DNA of 64,000 nt from Marsupella aquatica (lineage: Eukaryota > Plantae > Marchantiophyta): positions 12,006,828 through 12,070,827 of the forward strand of contig OZ316894.1 in NCBI GenBank assembly GCA_973895155.1, given 5' to 3'. The notes under the pieces are model-generated. The model did no database searches and had not been told where the DNA came from. It worked only from the letters and a program-made list of their open reading frames with translations. The position numbers and the translations under genes were made by a program. Positions 1-11,226 of this stretch are shown piece by piece. How positions within the stretch are numbered: position 1 is the first letter of the stretch; the number at the start of each line of letters is the position of its first letter.

Positions 1-925
1 CGGTGCAATTCGGAAACATTTTCATGTCGGCGGTCATCACTTTTCTCATTGGAAACCAAAGCGGAGGCGGCTGAGGTTTGTAACACGGCCTTTGTGTCAT
101 TTTGGGCACATTTTTAAGGTTAGTTTAGGGCATTTTTTGCCCCAATACGGATCCAATACCCGACAAACCAGGTTTGCCATACGCCTCGGCGCGCACACCG
201 GCCTCCCACACCCCTTTAAGCGTGAAAATGTGCTTTTTTGGGGCCAAATATGGCCAAAAACGCCCATATACGGCCCAAATATGCAAAAATATGTGCGTTT
301 TGACCCCTTTAAACCAGTTTTTTCACATTTTTTGTTGTTTATACGTGATTCTGGCCGCGAATATGCGCGTGTTGCCACGAATACGCGCGCCTTTGCCAGG
401 GGCTTTAAGACCCCTTTAGAGTGTGTTTTTCTGAATATTTTTTTCTCTCCTCCTCCTCATTGGTTGTGCCTCATCCCGGGCCCTGTGACCCTCCGTTTTA
501 ACCGCTCCGACAGGGGGAACGGCCCCCTGTGAGCCCTGTTGGACTGTGCAAGAATATTCCCACAAAAACAGAGAGCTATTTTTTGGCCGTCCGACAAAGA
601 TTCCGTCCGCCGAATGGTAGCTTTTTTAGTTCTTTTTCGGCAAGGACGTTGCCACTGGAGTTAGCAACGCGGCGCACCGATCACATCGCGATTCCGACGA
701 CGGGTTGTACTTGGTATTTTGGTTATTCTCCGAGGTGGTCAAAACGGGGGAGTTTCCCAAGGTTTTACCCACCCCGACCAAAATTTGAATAACTTTTCCG
801 TCGAATTTTGATTTTGATTTTGGCTTTCAGTATTGGACTCCTAGCTTCGTGGGCTACGCGGCGATGTTGAGTTTTGAGTTTTATGAGAAGTTTTGAAAAA
901 AGACATTTTTTCGTGATTATTTCAT

Positions 926-2814
926 ATGAGTGACTCGGAGGATACTGGAAGAATTGGCGTCGGTGGAGCTTCAGGATCGCGACGATCAGACAGTGAGTCT
1001 GAGGAGGAGCTGCTACCGTTTGAGGAGGAACTAGTGACACCGATACGATCACCAGTGCGGCGTGCAGTGGAGGAAGCTGTGTTACTACCAGAGCTGTCGG
1101 TAGTAGGGAAGAAGAGGGAGATGGCTAGATTCGGAGGAGCAAAGTTTGAGGTGGAGAAGTACGATGGTCGTACTGATTACTTGCTATGGGAGAAGCAAGT
1201 GAAGGGTGTTCTATGGGCCATGGGCTTGGCTCATCTGCTCTCTTCGCGAGAGTAGTATGATGGAGAGGAGGAGATTTCTTTGAGACAGTGGAGACAGGAG
1301 CAGGTGATTGCTGTTAATGCAGTGATGCTATATCTCAAGCCGCACATAATCAAGCAGCTGGATGATTATGCGGATTGCACGTCACTGTTCAAGGCTCTAA
1401 GAGAGAAGTACTACCGGGAAGATGCGTCAGACCGGCTGTACAAGAAGTCTCTCTTGATGAGCCTTAGGCTCAAGGAAGGGAACAAGATGCAGGATCACCT
1501 GGATGAATTTGATAGTCTAGCGGTGGATCTGTCAAACCTGGGAAAAGGAGTTGAAGATGAGGATAAGGCCTTGCTTCTGCTAAGCTCCTTACCGCCGTCT
1601 TATCAGGGCTTGAAACAGGTGCTCTTGTACAGAGATTTGAAGTCCATTTCGTATAATGAGGTGGTGAGCTCATTACTGTCTGATGATGCTCAGAAGAAGT
1701 TGGGTTAATCATAGACAGCATCTTCTTCTGGCACTGTGCTGAATGTGAACAGGGGAAGAGCAGCGCAGCGCACGAATGGGCAGAACAAGTTTAGATCTAC
1801 ATCACGGGGAGATCTAAATCCAGAGGGAAATCTCAAGAGAGGAAGCCTCTTGCATGTTGGAATTGTGGCAAGCCTGGCCACATGAAAAGGGATTGTCGAG
1901 TAAAGGTCCCTACTGCCTCTGCTAATGCTGCATCGAGCTCGCATGAGGTAGATTTACTCGATGATGATGACATATTGTGATGTCAAGGTTATGCTCTCAA
2001 CGTAGTGTCAAATCCAGGTAGTGATGACTGGATTCTAGATAGTGCATGTACTTTTCACATTTGCTCTAGGAGAGATTGTTTCAGTTCTTACACGATTTCC
2101 AACGGGTCAGTGTTGATGGGAAATGGAATCCCATGTCAAGTTGTTGGACTTGGATCTGTAAGATTTCAGATGTTTGATGGTGTTGTGAGAACATTGAGGA
2201 ATGTGAGACATATTCCCTGCATGATGAAAAATCTCATTTCACTTGGAGTTTTAGAAGCAAATGGCCATCAGTGGAGCTCTGCTAATGGTGTCCTTTAGGT
2301 TTCAACTGGTACTAAAGTTGTATTGAAGGGAAAGAGACATAGCAATCTATACGTTTTGGAGGGCAGTGTAGTTTGTGATGAAGCCAATGTAACCTTATCT
2401 CATGAAGAGACGGCCCGGCTGTGGCACTTCCGTTTGGGCCACATGAGTGAAAAAGGTTTGGTTATTCTTCAGAAGAAAGGATTACTTTCTAATTTGCAAT
2501 CTTGTAAGTTGGAATTTTGTGAGCACTGTGTGCTAGGGAAGCAGCACAGGAAACCCTTCGGAGTTGGAACTCACACCAGCAAGGAGGTACTTGAATATGT
2601 ACATAGTGATGTGTGGGGTCCAGCCCCTACTCCCTCACATTTTGGACGGTTATACTATGTCACGTTCATAGATGATTACTCAAGGTATGTGTGGATATAC
2701 TTTCTACACAATAAGTCTGATGTTTTTGCCACTTTTAAGGAGTTGAAAGCCCAAGTTGAGAATCAGACCGGTAATAAGGTGAGATATCTTCGATCGGATA
2801 ACGGCGGTGAATAC
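926..2814 (+). pseudogene. copia gag-pol, 5' part (gag, zinc knuckle, protease, GAG-pre-integrase, N-half of integrase core)
   Basis: Motifs KFEVEKYDG..YLLW, CWNCGKPGHMKRDC (~1855-1897), WILDSACTFH, LWHFRLGH..CEHC, VHSDVWGP, FIDDYSR and LRSDNGGEY; in-frame stops at ~1253, 1706, 2296 plus frameshift(s). Confidence 0.95.
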
Positions 2815-5800
2815 TGTGACGGGGTCCCGCCACGGTAAGTCACCATTAGTGTCACCAGCAAGACACCTGTAAATAAATAAGCCCATAGACCGCGAGTTTT
2901 TTTTATGTTCTTTAAGTTTGTAAAGTTTTTTAAGCATCTCGGGATAGTCGGAGACCCCAACAGTTTTGTCTAGACCCGGGTTAATTATGGGGCAAAACTT
3001 GGGGGGTTTAAAATTGTGACTTTCCGGGAAGATAAGGAAGTCCGGGAAATAAGTATTTTTAATTTTTTTGGTAACACCCCTTCTAAAGCAACACTCAGGC
3101 AGGACTGGGGGAGTATGGGGGGTTTAATTAAACCCCCATTAAATCCTTCCACGAGTGGGCAGCTAGGGAGCTGGGCCTTAAAGAGTATGAGGGGCAGCCC
3201 TGGAGCTGCCATGTGGAATCCCCATAAGGGGCAACCCAGGTGGGCGCCACCTGGCATCTCCATAAGGGCAGGCGGGGCGCATGGCGAGGGGGTCGATTAA
3301 GCCCTCTCAAGGAGCCCCTCTAATGGAGACCTCTTACCGAGCCCCGCGAGTGGGCAGCCGGACGCACAAAGGAGGAGGCCGAAAAGAAAAAAAAACATAA
3401 GGGGAGGTTTTGATTAAAACCCTCCCTTAAGGAGGGCTTCGTAGGCGAGCCCATAGGGCTGCGTGCCCAAAACCTTAAGGGGCACTGCGAGTACTAAGTA
3501 GGGAGGCCGCGAGTGGGAGAGGTCGAGCACTTGGGGGCCCATAAGGGGCAGCCCTAGAGCCGCCATGTGGAATCCCCAGGCTGAGAGAGGGCAGCCGGGG
3601 CGTGGGCAGTCGGGCCGGGGAGGAGGAGTAAGAGGAGTAAAGGAGGGGGGGTATTAAACCCTCCCGTGAGCCCACGAGCGGGGTTGGCCGCAAGTGGGAG
3701 AGGGCAGTCGGGGGAGGGGGCAATTAAGCTCCCGCGAGCGAGGTGCAGGGGGCATCGGGGCCTGGGGGCCATTAACGGGGAGCATTTTTAAACCCGCGAG
3801 CAAGCTGGGGCCGTGGCGCCCCAATGGCAACGCGCCCTGCATAGGGCCGCGCGCCATTAAACGCCCCGCGAGGCAAGGCAAGAGAGGGCACCGGGGCGCA
3901 TGGCGAAAGGAGGTGTCGGAGGCATTTTTTTGTTTTTTTGGTTCTTCTTTCCTCCCTCTTTTGCACGATCCTCTCCTTGCCGAAAGCAAAACTCGAGCTC
4001 TCTCCCAACACCTTGCCGAAAGCTCTCTCCACATTCTAATTATTTTTGAAGCTCTCTCTCTCATGGTGGATTGGTGGGGCTTGGTGGCGTGATTCTTCCG
4101 GGCATGAGCGGCAGCAGCACGGAGTGGATTCGGAGGGGATTGAGAGAAATAAATTAATCGGGCTACGGGGGCTGTTTCGGGCCAGGGAATTGACATTGCT
4201 ACGGGTGACGGGATTTGGTGATTGAGGATTTGATTTCGAGATGCATGAATGCTAGATCAACCGGAGTTTAGTGTGGCATGCATTCGGAGATACAAGGCTA
4301 CTTACCGTGACTACGTGGAGACTTTGATTGCAAGGGAGAGAGAAGAGAGAGAAGCTATGATGAGCATGGGATTGGCAGCAGGTTCCACACCGGTGGGTAG
4401 GAGGATTTTTCATCGAATTTATCCCAAGACCTCCGCCAAGGTGATGGAGGATTGTCGGAATATTTTCCAAGCCACCGGGGTTACAAAATTCATGAAGGTG
4501 GAGATTACCATCCCTCCAGAGAAGAGCTGGGACATTGAGGCCGGGATGGAGTTACAAACGGAGGGAATCTACTTTGAATGTCTCAAACGTGTAGTGCCCC
4601 ATGTGGAGTTGGCTAGGCTGCTGTTTCTGGAGAATCAGAAATTCTCATTCACACCTCGGCACATTAGGGGAGAACTCACGTTGAAGATGGTGGCCACTTG
4701 GGTGATTAATCCCACCTCCACCACTGCCATCCCTCTTTCCGCTGTCAAGGATGTTGAGTATAAGGGATTCCTGGCCAAGGTTCATCAACGGGTCCTTGGC
4801 AACGTGCAATCCGGGGTGGTGAATGAAGAGCATTTTGTGGTAGCTATGGACATCAAAAACCACCCAGCCCATGTGTACGGATGGTGGTACTACGGGTTGA
4901 AGAAGCTGTTGGCCGCTGATCCCGGGAGTGTGAAACCAGGTGGGGCTGTACATTTGATGGGGTCATTTGTATTGGCCAGGGCAGAAGGGTTGATTGGTTC
5001 CCCGGGACAGGAAGACACGGGATCATCTCTCACCACAAAGACCCGGAGTATTGCCACTACCATTTTAGGGAAGCTCACGGAGGAATCATCATCGGCTGGT
5101 GGGGATGACGATAGAGGAGAAGAAAACCAGGATGAGGACTACACGTTGGAGTGGCTTGAATCACTCGTGGGAGATCCAAAAAAGCCCCTGGTCTACAACA
5201 TTCCGGATGTTTACCTGGCAGAGCTACGGGATTTTAGAGAGGGAGTCCATGAGGGACTCAAGCTAGTCCACGCATTGAGAGATTCTCTCAAGCACGCCAC
5301 AGCCAGAGTAGAGACGTTAGAGCAGAGTACCCTGTCTCTGAAGGAGGTGATCAAGGCCAAGGAGGGGACCATTCATGAGAAGGATAAGCTTCTCCAAGCA
5401 GCTCACGTAGAGATCTCCAACTTGAAGGGAGCCTTGTCCACCAAGGCCAAGGAAGCAGAGGAGGTGGGAGCGTTGAGACAAGCATTGGCCAAAGAGAAAC
5501 AGAATTCTGGAGAAGTGGTGGAGTGGAGAAACCAGGTGGGAGCACTACGGAGTCAGGTGGCCGCCTTTGAGACATGAGCAAAAATGAGTCTGGGGAAACG
5601 TAAGAGCCCCGACACACCTAGCTCCACACTTTCCCCGGATTTGATCTCCCAGGCTATTGAGATGGTGGTGAAGGAGGTTAGTGGGAAGTATGGGCCCTTG
5701 TTGGATGGAGCCAAGAAGAGTCAGGAGAAGAGCAAGGGCTTGGAGAAGAAGCTCCGGGAGGTACGGAAATCGTTATGGGAGGCTCAGGTCAGTACGGGGA

Positions 5801-7249
5801 TGCCACCCAGGTCTGTCACCCCCGGGACTCCCATGGCCATAGGGCAAGTTCTACCGTTGGAGTTGCGGTCCGGAGAAGAGGCTACCCTATGGAAGGACAC
5901 CATTGGTGAGGGGTACATCAAGGCGTGGCAGGCCTTGGCCACTTTGAGGAAGCAAGGGAGCGGCAGCACAAAGAGTACCCCGGTAAAGAAGAAGAAAAGT
6001 GAGGTGGCACTCACTCCCGTGAGTGATGAAGAGGAGGCCCACTCACGGGGCACAAGCCAGGGCACCGAGAGTGAAGAAGAGGAGGAGTAGATAGTCGTAC
6101 GGATGTGGTTGTACGGCCTCTGGATTTCCAACTCTTTTGTGAGGGGTCACTCACGGGCTTGTTGGAAAGAGCTCGCGGAGCTGATTCCCACAAGAGGCGG
6201 CGCTCCTCAAACGGAGCCAGGATGAGCAAGTTATGGCCCGACGAAATTGTGTTTTTGCGATACGGAAACGACCATAACTCAGGCGCCCGATGTCCATTGC
6301 GAGTGCGGCTGAGTGATTCGGGATCAGGAGGAGAAGGGCTATCCAAGGGTGAGCTCAAAAGTACAATTGATAGGGCACCTAGTTTCGGCCATTGTGGGGT
6401 GCCTTGCACTTTCGGGGTTCACGGAGTACAGTTGGGGCGCCGTCGAAGGCACCATCGGCCCCTTGTTTAGGGTTTAGGGTTTTAGCAGCATGTGTGTGCC
6501 GCATGCCTTTTTAGTTTAGGGATTTCTTAGTGCAGGGTTTTAGCGGCGCCGCTAGGGTAGCCGCCATCGTTGTGACCCCACGAGGGGTGCTTTGGTGTGG
6601 TTTTTCGGTATTTAGGGGGAGAGCCCCGAAGTTGTTGGGAGGGGAACTCAGCGTAGTACTTGGATGCTTTGGAGTAGCTTTTGTGAGTAGCGCACCGATT
6701 AGGAGAAGTTCAAGCTAGAGTAGTGAGGTGGAGAACGTAGCACTTGTCCCCGGGAGGCAGGAGTTGGGCAGACGGCAGGAGGCCGGGTTGTCCTTGCATG
6801 TGTTACGGGAAACACCAAGAGATATGGATTTGGCTTGAGGTTCCAATATTTTGTGTGTGACTTGTTGTTGCTTGTGTTGTTTGTTTTCCTCCCCTAGTGC
6901 GTGTGGTCGGTGTTGTTGTGGAAACATTTGCCCTTGTCACTAGTGTTCAAATCTTATCGTAAATGTTGGTATGCTTGCCCAAGAGAGGAGGGGGGTGGTG
7001 ACAGCACTCACCCGGTGGGCATGAGTTGTAGATGGTAGGACCGGTCCCTTGGACTTGATCAAAAACGGAGAGACCAGTCGGTAGACTTGATCAAAAAGTA
7101 CACTTCCGGGAGCGGAATCAAACATACTCATCCTTAGGTGTGGAAATCCTCCAAATAGCGTCCCTCCATGATCCCGTAATACGATACCAACGGTTTAAGC
7201 AAGAAAAAGTACGGTTTGCACGTATTAATCGTTGGATAGGCAAGTGACA
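2815..7249. mobile_element. Nested 4435-bp TG..CA element with 5-bp TSD (solo-LTR-like or non-autonomous LTR-derived element) carrying an orphan ORF
   Basis: Begins TGTGAC (2815) and ends GTGACA (7249), with AATAC duplicated at 2810-2814 and 7250-7254. Removing it rejoins the integrase as ...DNGGEY-SFGEFGTYCKEQGI. Confidence 0.9.
4249..6090 (+). pseudogene. ~613-codon ORF inside the nested element, broken by one in-frame TGA (5575-5577); globular N-half, acidic linker, coiled coil, basic NLS-like motifs
   Basis: ORFs 4249-5577 and 5584-6090 share a frame, separated by TGA-GCA-AAA. Heptad-like K/E/L stretch; LGKRKSP and PVKKKK motifs. No gag, RT or integrase motifs seen. Confidence 0.75.
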
Positions 7250-9639
7250 AATACAGTTTCGGGGAATTTGGAACGTATTGTAAGGAGCAGGGGATTACCC
7301 ACCATCTCACAACAAGTTATACTCATTAGCAGAATGGTGTTTCTGAGAGACTCAACCGAACACTATTGGACCGCTCGAGGAGTATGTTGAGTCAATCATG
7401 CTTACCACATGAGTTTTGGGCTGAAGCTGTCAACACTGCAGCTTATTTGGTAAATTTTTCTCCATCCAGTTCTATTGGATTCAAGACGCCATTTGAAATG
7501 AGGTACGGGCATCCAGCAGATTACTCACATTTGAGGATTTTTGGATGTGATGCTTATGTGCTTACACCTTCCCAACTTCGATCCAAGCTGGAGTCCAAGT
7601 CGAAGAAGTGCATTTTCCTTGGTTATCAGAAATGTGTGAAGGATTATAGGTTATGGGATCCAATAACCTGTAAGCTAATTGTCAGTAGAGATGTGTCCTT
7701 TAATGAATCCAGATCATCAAAGGAGGGGGAGAGTTCTCAGGACTCCCATACTGACAAGGGGAAATCTCCCATCCCGGACCGGGTTGAGGGGGAGATTAGT
7801 CATGATGCAGTTCATGACAGGAGAGATGGAGAAGCTCCGGGCTTGGAGCTGGTTCCTGTGATGGAACAAGAGGAGCAAATTGTTGCTGGGGTACCTCAAA
7901 TTCAACCAGTAGCAGCAATAGATCAGCCTGAGTCATCTACTAGAAGAACTTCCAGTCGTTCTACTAGAGTTCCTACCAGGTATGGTAAATGGGCAGACTC
8001 ATCTAAGCTAGATGATATTGACATTGTACCTGATGAAGATGATATGGCTTTGATCTTGGAAGAAGGAAAGCCTTCTTCGTACAGTGAGGCTTGTGCTTCA
8101 GAACAGAAGCATGAGTGGAATGCAGCAATGCAGAGGGAGTTGCAATCTTTGAGTGACAACAAGACATGGGAGCTGGTGGAGCTTCCAAGAGGTCAGCAAG
8201 TGGTGGACAGCAAGTGGATTTACAAGTTGAAGGATAGTCCTTCAGAGGGTGGAGACAAGATCTACAAGGCAAGGCTTGTTGCCAAGGGATTCACTCAGGA
8301 GAAAGGAGTGGATTACAATGAGGTCTTTTCACCGGTTGCTAAGTATTCCACAATTCGGATCTTGTGTCAGCTTGTTGTGTTTTTTGGTCTGGTGATGGAT
8401 CAGATGGATGTTGTTACTGCTTTTCTCTATGGCAACTTGGAAGAGATGATCTTCATGAGATAGCCACTAGGCTTTATGAAGAAGGGCCAAGAGAACTTAG
8501 TTTGCAGATTGCTCAAGTCCTTGTATGGATTGAAGCAGTCTCCCAGACAGTGGAACAAGCGGTTTGATGATTTCATGCTTGCTCAAGGTTTTACAAGGAT
8601 GGTGTATGATCCTTGTGTGTATACGAAATCAGTCAAGAATGATGTATTTGGTTTCATCATTCTGGTTATCTATGTGGATGACATGTTGATTGTGGCTAAA
8701 GATCAATATGAGGTTGACAGTCTCAAGGCGAAATTGAGTGTTGAATTCAGGATGAAGGATCTTGGAAAGGCCAAGAGAATTTTAGGGATGGAGATTTTTA
8801 GGAACTCTGAGACTGGACAGTTGTGCTTCAGTCAAGGCCAGTATGCGAGGAAAGTACTTGCACGATTCAACATGGAAAATTGTAAGCCAGTGAGTATTCC
8901 TTTAGCTTCACATTTCAAGTTATCATCGGCTTTCTCTCCTACGGATGCTATGGAGAAAGGTCTGATGGCTAAGATTCCTTATGAGAAGACAGTAGGCAGT
9001 CTGATGTATTTGATGACTTGTACTAGGCCTGACTTGGTCCTAGCGATGGGCAAGGTTAGCAGATTCATGTCAAATCCAGGGAAGGTACACTGAGAAGCTG
9101 TGAAGTCGATTCTCAGGTATCTGAAGGGAACACAGAACTATGGATTACTATTTGATAACAGATCAGATAGAACGTTGGTTGGCTATGTAGATTCTGACTA
9201 TGGAGGTTGTCTGGATACAAGGAGGTCTACAACTGGGTTTGTATTTACTCTTGGAGGAGGATGTATCAGTTGGAAATCTACCTTGCAAAAGTGTATATCT
9301 CAGTCTACTACAGAAGCAGAGTATGTTGCAGCAGCAGAAGCAGCAAAGGAAGCGATTTGGTTGGATAAGTTGATCGCGGAGATGGGTTTAGAGCATGGCA
9401 AAATGACTCTAAACTGTGATAGTCAGAGTGCTCTTCACTTGGCTGCTAACCAGGTGATGGATAGCAGGGTGAAGCATATTGATATCAGGTACCATTTTAT
9501 CAGGCAAGCAGTGTCTGATAAAACTTTTGAGCTAGTCAAGATTGATGGAAAGCTCAATCCCGCTGATGCCTTTACCAAAGTGATTCCTTTGGAGAGTTTC
9601 TCAAGACATCGTGCTACTTTGCAGGTTTTGCAGTTGTAG
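7250..9639 (+). pseudogene. copia pol, 3' part (integrase C-half, reverse transcriptase, RNase H)
   Basis: QNGVSERLNRTL, KARLVAKGFTQ, QMDVVTAFLYG, LYGLKQSPRQW, YVDDML, GYVDSDY, STTEAEY, CDSQSA and KHIDIRYHFIR; stops at ~7328, 8461, 8468, 9091. Confidence 0.95.
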
Positions 9640-9828
9640 TGCAAGTAGAGTTATTTAGCAATGTGTGACTATTTGTATATGGATTACTCATTCCTGTTTG
9701 GCTATGGCTTAATTCTAGTTAACCCTTAGTTAACCCTTGTGGTTTTTAGGGGGAGACCTGGTTTGGTGATTGTCTAGAACTTCCCGCTGAGGATTTCATA
9801 TGGTAGCATTTAGTCCAGTCCCCAAGAC

Positions 9829-9846
9829 AAGAGTCAAGGGGGAGTT
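9829..9846 (+). other. Polypurine tract of the copia element
   Basis: AAGAGTCAAGGGGGAGTT lies immediately before TGTTAG. Confidence 0.8.
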
Positions 9847-10220
9847 TGTTAGATATTGCTCTAGTCTTGTGACTCATGAGCTAACCATAGTTAGTCTAAC
9901 TCGGGTTAGGACTTAGCTAATGTTAGCGGTAGTGCTGTTGTGCATATAGCCAGGGCTGATGCCAGACCCTGGTGGAACTTAGGCTCAATACATTTCATTA
10001 GACTCATTCCTCACTCATTGTTACGGAGCTGGTGGAGAGATAGGGAGAGCTTGTGCTGTGGATGCTTGGTATGGCCGGTTGGCCTAGAGTGCAGTAAAGC
10101 TCTTGTGTGTTCCCGTGGACGTAGCCTCATGTGGAGGTGAACCACGTATCTCTCTGTGTCGACTATTGTGCGTTGGATGGTTCATGGGCTTGCCATTACA
10201 AGTGTCGTCTATGCTCAACA
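9847..10220 (+). repeat. copia 3' LTR
   Basis: TGTTAG...CTCAACA after the PPT; homologous to the solo LTR at 35319-35663. Confidence 0.88.
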
Positions 10221-10222
10221 GT

Positions 10223-10380
10223 TTGGTACTAACGGCCGGTCGGCTTAAGTGCAGTAAAGCTCTTATGTGTCCCCGTGGATGTAACCTCATGTGGAGGTGA
10301 ACCACGTATCTCTCTTTGTCGACTCTTGTGCGTTGGATGATTCATGGGCTTGCCGTTACGATTGTCGTCTATGCTCAACA
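10223..10380 (+). repeat. Second, partial copy of the LTR 3' portion
   Basis: Diverged repeat of ~10066-10220, again ending TCTATGCTCAACA. Confidence 0.9.
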
Positions 10381-11004
10381 CATTGTTGCACACGCTGTTG
10401 CCCTTAATGTCCACTAAGGACAGCCAAAAGTCCTTAACTGGTCTTGAGTTTTCACTGAAATGCAATTGGAGATTGTTGACCAGGCTGCAGTCGGCCCTAG
10501 CGTTTTTGGGAGCCACACCTGATAGCCTTGTTTTTGTGATGTATATAAAGCTTATTAGTGAGGCTGTTGGTTAGATACTGATAGGCTAATTTAGCTACTC
10601 CCGAGGCACGGTTCTAAAATCTTGGCAAACTGGGGCCGTTGTTTAAGTCCACAGGTCTCCACTCATGAGAAGGCTACGTAAACCCTACTGTGTCCATTCC
10701 GAGTTGAGCAATGAAAAACTTTTGCAGGCACAGAAGAATTGTAGACTCGGAGAAGATCTTCATGAATGTTTGAAAACTTGCCAGTGGATAGAGACTATAT
10801 GAATAAGTTTTGTCACTCAATATAGAAAAATTGCATGTATCAAACTTGTTATTCACTAAAATTTGTATGCTGATGACAAGATTGATCAAATTCTATATGA
10901 AGCAACAGGGAGGGTTGTCCACAGATTTGGTTTCTGACGAATAAAATTGTTCTTGGGCAGGGTAAAATACTTCAAGGTAAACTGATTCACTAAAACAAGA
11001 TCAA

Positions 11005-11226
11005 ATGCAGGGAGGACGTTATCCGCCAGCAGGGTATACTCCAGCTCATGGGGCCCCAGTTGGATATCTTCCCTCAGGTTACCCCCTTCGGCCCCAGATT
11101 ACCCTGCACCAGCCATATGGAGCTCCGACTGGCTACCCCGCTCCAGCATATGGAGTTCCCGCTGGATACCAACCAGCACCTGGAGCACATGGAGCTCCAT
11201 ATTGTCCCATTACTGTTATGCGTTAA
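11005..11226 (+). CDS. Pro/Gly/Tyr-rich (GYP-repeat) short ORF or orphan terminal exon
   Basis: Repeated GYP/YGAP motifs give a protein-like composition. The ATGCAG could instead be a splice acceptor; no upstream exons were found. Confidence 0.4.
   Translation: MQGGRYPPAGYTPAHGAPVGYLPSGYPLRPQITLHQPYGAPTGYPAPAYGVPAGYQPAPGAHGAPYCPITVMR

Larger units (their letters stand above)
1..10380 (+). mobile_element. Ty1/copia LTR retrotransposon, decayed; 5' LTR lies upstream of the window; interrupted by a nested insert at 2815-7249
   Basis: Domain order is gag-PR-IN-RT-RNaseH (copia type), followed by a PPT and a TG..CA 3' LTR. Assigning 1-925 to the element's 5' leader is an inference. Confidence 0.93.

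Noticed and set aside
92-792. Several short ORFs at the window start
   Set aside because: No recognisable motifs; consistent with a retrotransposon 5' leader.
6466-6545. TTTAGGG repeats as an interstitial telomere
   Set aside because: Only 2-3 units inside the nested element; consistent with telo-box motifs.
6981-7249. PPT-like AAGAGAGGAGGGGGG followed by TG as the start of a short 3' LTR of the nested element
   Set aside because: The following sequence does not match the element's 5' end at 2815, so no LTR pair is supported.
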